Assembly: GCA_008080735.1 (NCBI GenBank) | Contig: SHMW01000097.1 | Location: forward strand, 1 to 13,967 | Length of the DNA stretch: 13,967 nt | Direction of reading: 5' to 3' | DNA from: Promethearchaeota archaeon | GTDB lineage: Archaea; Asgardarchaeota; Lokiarchaeia; Sigyniarchaeales; SOKP01 | In this document: positions 1-6,234 of the stretch, in pieces | Layout of the letters: each line of letters begins with the position of its first letter | Position numbering within the stretch: position 1 is the first letter of the stretch | The notes under the pieces: model-generated | Database searches by the model: none | Seen by the model: the letters and a program-made list of their open reading frames with translations, nothing else | What the model was told of the DNA's origin: nothing | Made by a program: the position numbers and the translations under genes

Positions 1-147
1 TGGACGTGTCCCGAATGTGGCACGCATCATCACCGAGATAAGAACGCCTCGGTCAATATTAAGAAAGAAGGAATACGCCTCTTAGAGGAAAGAGGTATCA
101 CCGTCATTTGGCGAAATACTGTAGGGACTAAGGGAAGTTACGCTTAA
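1..147 (+). mobile_element. tnpB: 3' end of IS200/IS605-family tnpB (RNA-guided nuclease TnpB C-terminus), truncated by the window edge
   Basis: Frame 1 translates [48 protein letters not shown] (TAA 145-147). It shows the second CxxC of the zinc ribbon, the RuvC-III 'RD.NA..NI' motif and a typical 'TVGT.G..A' tail. It is not in the ORF track. Confidence 0.9.
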
Positions 148-329
148 GAATTAAAATCAATTAGATCTTCATCAATAACAAACGCACTTAGTTAGACTAA
201 TCTTATATATTCAAAACATTTTAATTATATCATAATCTAAATAAATCGATATTTGGTATAAAACAATTTTTTAATTTGATTTGTAGATCATTGTAATTAC
301 ATTAAAATTCAATATATTTCATTATAAAA

Positions 330-1877
330 ATGCTAGTCGCGACTATAGAAGAGAATGGAAAAAAGAGAAAGGAAGAGATCTTTGTAATCGACTCTCACAG
401 CCATCTTGGGAAGGATGAGGATGGAGCCACGATGATGAACCCTCTCGCCCCTGGAAGCGGTAGTTTTGATTTTTGGAGCAAGATTCAAGGAAGAATAATA
501 GAAGATTGGGAAGAATCCGATGAGCAATCATTTCACACGAGAATGGATGGAAATAATGTAAAGATCTCACTCTCCTTTGAACCATATCCATTTGCTGATA
601 AATTATTCACTCATTTACAAAAGCTTGGGAAAAAATATTCCGATATTAAGGAAAAATTAAAGTTTAATACGTTTATTGATATGGCTGTTGTATTTCCTTT
701 TCAAGATGTATTCCGAGATAAACAACCTGAAGCATTATATCGCGCCAGTAATTTAAATATCTCACGCTTCACGAATCAGTTACCTTTTTCACTAAAAATT
801 ATGGGATATTGTCGTGTGGACCCCCAAGAAGGACAAAAAGCGATTAACGAGGTCCGATATGCCCGAGAAACATTAGGTTTGCGAGGTCTTAAGTTACACC
901 CGAGAAGTGAAGGATGGGTCGACGCGGTTAGGACTGGAGAACCAATCCCGATCATGTTGGAAGCTATTAAACATTCCATGCCAATCATATTTGATACTCG
1001 TGGAAAAAAGACTATTATGGATTTAGGGGAGTTAATTCGAAATACCCGAAATATGCTCAAAAATAAATATCCTGATTTATTACCGCATTTTAAAGCAATA
1101 GTTGCACATTTTGCTCAAGGAAATGTAGGTGATTATGAGGTTTATAATACAGTCGTTCAACCGAATACATATGGTGACTTATCAATGCTCCACGGAGAGG
1201 GGGCAAAAAACTTTTTCAAAGATTTTCGGCAATGGTTTGAATCTAATCATAAAGAAAACATAAATAATAGATCATGGTCAGAATATCTCTTGTTCGCTAC
1301 TGATTATCCTTATTTTGGCGAAATTCACGCAGAAAAGTTATTAATCAATCTTTTTAATAAAGATTTCTTTGAAAACGGCGGTACTCTACGCGATACTAAG
1401 AATATTTTAGGATTAAATCAAATACGGATTTTACCGGAATATAGCATGAAACAAGACTTGACCTATAAAAATTCCTATGCTACAACAATCATCTCGAATC
1501 CCCATTATTCTACGGATCAACAGAGTAGTTATGAAATGGCGATTTCGGCACTCGCGAAATTGATTGCCGATAATAAGATTGATATTAAGAGGTTCCTCTT
1601 CGAATTTGAGAATGATTGGGATACTTTAAGTGATAATGTCTTGATATCGGCGATAAAGAAATCCACTAAAGAGGAAGTCCCGCTCTATCTGGTGGAGATG
1701 ATCGAAAACCACGTATCTTTACTCTCCCCATTGGCTTCTTATTCAAATTGGAAAAAGTTTGGCTATAAGTTCTTCAATCCCGATGATAGAACCTTCTTCT
1801 CATCTTTAATGAAAAACTATTACTTGGCCAATAATGTTGAAGATGCTGAAAAGGGATTGTTAGAAATTTTTCCCTAA
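330..1877 (+). CDS. Amidohydrolase-superfamily (Amidohydro_2-like, TIM-barrel metal-dependent hydrolase) protein with ~140 aa C-terminal extension
   Basis: Motifs: IDSHSH (metal-binding HxH), GLRGLKLHP, IVAHF and LLFATDYPY (catalytic Asp). The substrate cannot be inferred. Confidence 0.85.
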   Translation: MLVATIEENGKKRKEEIFVIDSHSHLGKDEDGATMMNPLAPGSGSFDFWSKIQGRIIEDWEESDEQSFHTRMDGNNVKISLSFEPYPFADKLFTHLQKLGKKYSDIKEKLKFNTFIDMAVVFPFQDVFRDKQPEALYRASNLNISRFTNQLPFSLKIMGYCRVDPQEGQKAINEVRYARETLGLRGLKLHPRSEGWVDAVRTGEPIPIMLEAIKHSMPIIFDTRGKKTIMDLGELIRNTRNMLKNKYPDLLPHFKAIVAHFAQGNVGDYEVYNTVVQPNTYGDLSMLHGEGAKNFFKDFRQWFESNHKENINNRSWSEYLLFATDYPYFGEIHAEKLLINLFNKDFFENGGTLRDTKNILGLNQIRILPEYSMKQDLTYKNSYATTIISNPHYSTDQQSSYEMAISALAKLIADNKIDIKRFLFEFENDWDTLSDNVLISAIKKSTKEEVPLYLVEMIENHVSLLSPLASYSNWKKFGYKFFNPDDRTFFSSLMKNYYLANNVEDAEKGLLEIFP

Positions 1878-1905
1878 ATTTTTATTTTCAATTTTTTCAT
1901 TATTT
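1878..1905 (+). terminator. Probable archaeal oligo(T) terminator
   Basis: Consecutive T-runs (attttttattttcaattttttcattattt) directly follow the TAA of the amidohydrolase. The AT-rich background weakens the call. Confidence 0.4.
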
Positions 1906-2056
1906 GTGGTAAGAATTATTGCTTTTTTTATAAATAATATGATAGGTTTATAACATTTAATACTCGAAATTAAAAGTGTATGTTTTTATTATTTATACAA
2001 GCTTAAAATTGTGTAAATAAAACTGGAATTTTACGTTTTTTTACCGAAAAATAATA

Positions 2057-2084
2057 TGACAATGTATTTTTTATAAAATTGTCA
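2057..2084 (+). promoter_or_regulatory. TATA box (TTTATAAA, 2070-2077) flanked by the inverted repeat TGACAAT-N14-ATTGTCA; candidate promoter/operator of the signalling cluster
   Basis: Perfect 7-bp arms at 2057-2063 and 2078-2084. The TATA box ends 27 nt before ATG 2105, which fits a short-leader or leaderless archaeal transcript. Confidence 0.45.
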
Positions 2085-2104
2085 ATAAAAAATTGAAATT
2101 TATA

Positions 2105-2791
2105 ATGAAGAATATGGAAAACCAAGTCAGTAAGACTGGGGAATATGAAATTAATTCTGAGAAAAATGAATTATCAGTATATCTAGAAAAATTTCCCTTT
2201 ATCACCATAATAGGAAAGTATGATCATATTTTAGGTCCAAGCTGTTTATATACACCTGTAGAATATGAGGATGAAGATTTCATCAAAAATTTGCTTCGAG
2301 ATGCTCTTAATACTAAAAATAAATTTGTAATTTTAAATCACGATAAATTTTATTCTCAGACATGTAAAGTAAGAATTAAAGATGAAGATGCACGAGGGAG
2401 AAATCAACTATATGCAATAATATTGCTTAGACATATTGAAAAGCCTTTGATACCTACGGTCCATTTTAAGAAGATAGAAATGCTTTTTCGTAAAGTAGGG
2501 GAAGAGGAGATTTTAAAAAATAATATAACTGTTTTTGAGGAATTTGCCCAACAGATCAGAGAGACCTATTTTAATAAGGATGAATTACTTCCCTTGGAAT
2601 CGTGCAATCTTAAAGTAAGAAGTGGAGTGAATACCATACAAGGTTTTTGTGAATTAATATTGGAAGAGAAAACCAAGAAGAAAAAGTTATCGGATGAGAT
2701 GATTGTAGACTATATCAATTTGATGCTTGATTCTTGTGATGAGATTATTAAAGCTTTGGAGGAAAATCTTCAAGGTTCTTTTCATGGATAA
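2105..2791 (+). CDS. Folliculin/SMCR8/C9orf72-like longin (uDENN) domain protein fused to a degenerate, His-less HisKA (DHp) domain
   Basis: N-terminal IIGKYDHILGP matches the longin beta1-beta2 'F/Y-D-x-x-x-G-P' hairpin, and VRIKDEDARGRNQLYAIILL matches the FLCN/SMCR8 'D-x-x-A-R-G' loop. C-terminal LESCNLKVRSGVNTIQGFCELILEE aligns with LASMSHELRTPLNAIVGFTDLILEE of the kinase ending at 11371. The ORF track starts at TTG 2093; ATG 2105 (or 2114) is more likely. Confidence 0.7.
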   Translation: MKNMENQVSKTGEYEINSEKNELSVYLEKFPFITIIGKYDHILGPSCLYTPVEYEDEDFIKNLLRDALNTKNKFVILNHDKFYSQTCKVRIKDEDARGRNQLYAIILLRHIEKPLIPTVHFKKIEMLFRKVGEEEILKNNITVFEEFAQQIRETYFNKDELLPLESCNLKVRSGVNTIQGFCELILEEKTKKKKLSDEMIVDYINLMLDSCDEIIKALEENLQGSFHG

Positions 2792-2818
2792 ATAAGAAAA
2801 GGAAATAATAAGTTTATA

Positions 2819-3700
2819 ATGGATAAAGACAAAAAGATTATTATTTGCGGTCCTCCTAACAGTGGAAAAACCACGATAGTAAACGTATTTTTTAAAAAGG
2901 CAAATCCGCTAAAACTTTTAAAGAATTCTCTTGAGCCAACAAGAGGGATCAATTCTGAGCAATTTTCACTATTCGAGTCTAATTTAGGTATATTTGATTT
3001 GGCTGGACAAGAGAATAAAGATTGGTTTACAAAGGATAAGGATATATTTGAGTACAGTGATATTATATTGTGCGTATTTGATATTAATAATTCCTTGAAA
3101 TCGATCGTCTCTTTTCTTATAAAAATCTTAAGAATTAAGCAGGACACTCATACGCTTTCAGAATGTAAAATCATCACCTTTCTTCATAAGGTCGATCTTG
3201 CTAATCGATCCTATATTTCCCAAAAACATAGAGCAGTTTCAAAATTTTTTGAGAGTCGTTATCCGCATATAGAATTGGATTTTTATTTAACATCTATTAC
3301 CAGACAATACTTTTATAATACATTTAATATTATTTTAGAAATTTTGAATCTACTCTTTCAAAAGGACCTTATTCCAATTAGTCAGAGACAATTCGAATTT
3401 TTAAAAACGGAACTCTACCTTATTTTAAAAATCGATTCAAGTGTAAAATATTCCATAGAAACACTTTCAGAGAAGATTAGATTAAATAAAAACCTATTAA
3501 ACACACATTTAAAGAGATTGGAAAAATTGGGGTTCCTTACATTTCTTAATAATAGAGATGTTGTTTGTTTTACAGAGAGGTGCGGGTTTTTTAAACAAGG
3601 TTTCTTGAAAGAGGTACATAAGATTGAAGAAATAAGTAGAAATAAGGAAACTAAATTGTTTTATACGTTGGGAGAATTGAATAACATTCCAATTGATTAA
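2819..3700 (+). CDS. Rag/Gtr-Arf-like small GTPase with C-terminal winged helix-turn-helix domain
   Basis: G1 GPPNSGKT, G2 EPTRG, G3 DLAGQ, G4 HKVD and G5 LTSI are present (HKxD and TSI are Rag-like). Residues ~195-258, ELYLILKI..YSIETLSEKIRLNKNLLNTHLKRLEKLGFL..VVCFTER, follow a MarR/ArsR-like wHTH pattern. Confidence 0.85.
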   Translation: MDKDKKIIICGPPNSGKTTIVNVFFKKANPLKLLKNSLEPTRGINSEQFSLFESNLGIFDLAGQENKDWFTKDKDIFEYSDIILCVFDINNSLKSIVSFLIKILRIKQDTHTLSECKIITFLHKVDLANRSYISQKHRAVSKFFESRYPHIELDFYLTSITRQYFYNTFNIILEILNLLFQKDLIPISQRQFEFLKTELYLILKIDSSVKYSIETLSEKIRLNKNLLNTHLKRLEKLGFLTFLNNRDVVCFTERCGFFKQGFLKEVHKIEEISRNKETKLFYTLGELNNIPID

Positions 3701-3728
3701 TTATAATAGAGATTGATTGGTGATTGGT

Positions 3729-5753
3729 TTGGAACACAAAGAACAAGACACAAAAAAAAGCAAAAGTCTAAGCAACTGTAATATAGCTCAGAATGAGAAA
3801 TCATCCAAAAAAAAAGGATATAATGCGCAGCTCGAAGCCTTAAATATTCAATATCATCAATTGGTAGCCAATATACCCGGTGCAGTTTTTCAGTTTGGTT
3901 TAGCGGATAAAAATGAAATTTCCATTCAATATATAAGTGAAGGGATCTACGAATTAACTGGACTAACGAGGGATGAATTTGAAGGATCAATTTCACAATT
4001 AATAGATATCATCTATCAGAAAGATTTAAATTCATTTAGAAAATCCCTTGAACATTCTATAGAGAATTCTGAACCTTGGAACATGGAATTCAGAATTATT
4101 ACTAAAAATACCGGAGAAATCAAATGGTTAGACGGTAGGTCAACTTTAAAATTGATAGATGGACGAAGTTACATGTGGTATGGAGTTTTGTTAGATATAA
4201 CTGAGAAGAAGAGTGCGCAAATTAGATTAAAGAAGATAAACGAAAAACTTGAGCAGAAAGTAAAAGAAAGAACACATCATCTCAAGGAACGGGTTAAAGA
4301 AATTAGGTGTCTCTATGATATTTCTAAAATCGTTGAAAATGCAAAATTTAGCTTAGAAGAGACGTTCAAGAGAATTGTTCAGAGGATACCTAAATCAATG
4401 CAATATTCCGATATTAGTTGTTCAAGAATCAAATATAATCAAACAGATTTTTTATCACATAATTTTAAAAATTCTGACTGGAAGATCTCAGTTCCCATTC
4501 AAAATAAAGCAAATATAGGGGAAATCGAAATCTTTTATACAGAGAAGAGACCTCAAGAATCATTTGGTCCGTTTTTAGAGGATGAATTGAAATTATTAGA
4601 GGCCATAAAAGAGATAATAGAGAGATACTTAGAACGAGAAGAGACTAAAAAAGAGCTTTTAAGAAAAAATCATGCAATAAATTCCTCAAAAAGCGCTATC
4701 ACAATCTTGAATATGAAAGGAACAGTTGAATATGTTAATCCAGCATTCTTAAAGATGTGGGGATATGAAGATAAAAAAAGTGTTCTCGCCAGATCTGCGC
4801 TGGAATTTTGGGCAGAGGAAAAAAAGGCTCAAATGATGATCACAAAGATTTTTAGTGAAGGAAAGGCGTCTGGACAGATGGAAGCAAAAAGAAAGGATGG
4901 GTCAAATTTTATTGCAAATGTACAAGGTAAGATAATTCTTAATGAAAAAAATGAGAAAACAGGTATAACTGCTTCTTTTATCGATGTCACGGATACAGTT
5001 AATGCGAAACAAAAATTAGAAAAAAGTATGGAAGAACTCAAAAGGTCTAATCAGGAATTAGAACAGTTCGCATATGTGGCTTCACATGATCTACAAGAAC
5101 CATTAAGAATGGTTTCCAGTTTTACACAATTACTTCAAAAGCGTTATTATGATAAATTAGATGAAGATGCAAATGAATTTATTGAATATGCAGTAGATGG
5201 AGCGAAACGAATGCAGAATCTTATAAATGATCTACTCACTTTTTCAAGAGTGGGGATGAGAGGTACTCCATTCGAACCTATAGATATGAACAAAGTCCTT
5301 TCAAATACCCTTCAAAATCTCAAATTTGTAATAAAAGAAACTGATACTAACATAATCTATGACGAATTACCCATTATTAACGCAGATCGTTCTCAAATAC
5401 AGCAAGTTCTCCAAAATCTTATTTCAAATGCAATAAAATTCCATGGAAAAGAAGCACCAAAAATCCGAATATCCTCCACAGAGGAAGAGTCTAAATGGAT
5501 ATTTTCTGTGAAAGACAATGGTATCGGCATTGATCCCCAATTTTTTAATAAAATATTTGTTATTTTTCAGAGGTTACATAAAAGAGGGGAATATGAAGGG
5601 ACTGGCATTGGACTAGCTCTTTGTAAAAAGATTATTAATAGACATGGGGGGGAGATTTGGGTTGATTCTGAAAGTGGAGAAGGCTCAACCTTTCACTTTT
5701 TTATTCCTAAAAGTAAAATTAAGAAAAATATAAAAATGAGTGATAAAATATGA
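3729..5753 (+). CDS. Cytoplasmic sensor histidine kinase: PAS - GAF-like - PAS - HisKA - HATPase_c (Cph1-like kinase core)
   Basis: H-box FAYVASHDLQEPLR, N-box QNLISNAIKF, G1 DNGIG and G2 GTGIGL are present; the PAS domains end in DITEKK and DVTD. No transmembrane segment is visible. There is no ATG before the first PAS. TTG 3729 follows GGTGAT (3719-3724), so it is preferred over TTG 3717 of the ORF track. Confidence 0.93.
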   Translation: MEHKEQDTKKSKSLSNCNIAQNEKSSKKKGYNAQLEALNIQYHQLVANIPGAVFQFGLADKNEISIQYISEGIYELTGLTRDEFEGSISQLIDIIYQKDLNSFRKSLEHSIENSEPWNMEFRIITKNTGEIKWLDGRSTLKLIDGRSYMWYGVLLDITEKKSAQIRLKKINEKLEQKVKERTHHLKERVKEIRCLYDISKIVENAKFSLEETFKRIVQRIPKSMQYSDISCSRIKYNQTDFLSHNFKNSDWKISVPIQNKANIGEIEIFYTEKRPQESFGPFLEDELKLLEAIKEIIERYLEREETKKELLRKNHAINSSKSAITILNMKGTVEYVNPAFLKMWGYEDKKSVLARSALEFWAEEKKAQMMITKIFSEGKASGQMEAKRKDGSNFIANVQGKIILNEKNEKTGITASFIDVTDTVNAKQKLEKSMEELKRSNQELEQFAYVASHDLQEPLRMVSSFTQLLQKRYYDKLDEDANEFIEYAVDGAKRMQNLINDLLTFSRVGMRGTPFEPIDMNKVLSNTLQNLKFVIKETDTNIIYDELPIINADRSQIQQVLQNLISNAIKFHGKEAPKIRISSTEEESKWIFSVKDNGIGIDPQFFNKIFVIFQRLHKRGEYEGTGIGLALCKKIINRHGGEIWVDSESGEGSTFHFFIPKSKIKKNIKMSDKI

Positions 5754-6200
5754 AAAAGAAAGATAATTGGCAAACCAATAGAGATTCTTCTTGTAGAAGA
5801 TAATCCTGGAGATATAAGATTAACCAAGGAAGCATTGAAGGAGAGTAAAATTTTAAATAATCTCAATATAGTGATGGATGGAGAAGAGGCTATGAAATAT
5901 TTGCTTAATGAAGGTGAGTACGGTGAAAAACCAAAACCAGATATCATACTTCTGGACCTTAATTTACCAAAAAAAGATGGTCGTGAAGTTCTTGCAGACA
6001 TCAAACAAATAAAAGATTTAAGACATATCCCGGTGGTTATTTTAACAAGTTCAGAAGCAGATGAAGATATTATTAAAACCTATGAATTGCATGCTAATTG
6101 TTATGTAACCAAACCAGTTGATCTTGATCAGTTCAGTAAGGTCGTAAAAGCGATTGGAGATTTTTGGTTCAGCATTGTTAAATTACCAAATGAAGATTAA
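5754..6200 (+). CDS. Stand-alone receiver-domain response regulator (Rcp1-like); start codon anomalous
   Basis: The open frame from 5754 reads [20 protein letters not shown]...[12 protein letters not shown]...VILTSS...YVTKPV...FWFSIVKLP, with all receiver residues intact. The ORF-track start TTG 5835 cuts off the acidic pocket. The obvious ATG (5750) is out of frame by one base. Confidence 0.88.
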   Translation, partial: KRKIIGKPIEILLVEDNPGDIRLTKEALKESKILNNLNIVMDGEEAMKYLLNEGEYGEKPKPDIILLDLNLPKKDGREVLADIKQIKDLRHIPVVILTSSEADEDIIKTYELHANCYVTKPVDLDQFSKVVKAIGDFWFSIVKLPNED

Positions 6201-6234
6201 ACAAGCTTATTCAACCAAGCTAGGTGAGTTAGAG

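Noticed and set aside
5751-5753. TGA as a selenocysteine codon
   Set aside because: It falls in a Lys-rich interdomain linker rather than a Cys-equivalent catalytic position, and I could not identify a SECIS-like element.
5750-5758. G-AAA-AAG as a programmed -1 frameshift site for the receiver gene
   Set aside because: Reaching the receiver frame from ATG 5750 needs +1 (or -2), not -1, and no stimulatory structure is evident.
3729-6200. Calling the first kinase and receiver a phytochrome (cph1/rcp1)
   Set aside because: Only the kinase core and receiver subtype are similar. There is no PAS-GAF-PHY photosensory module or bilin-binding motif.
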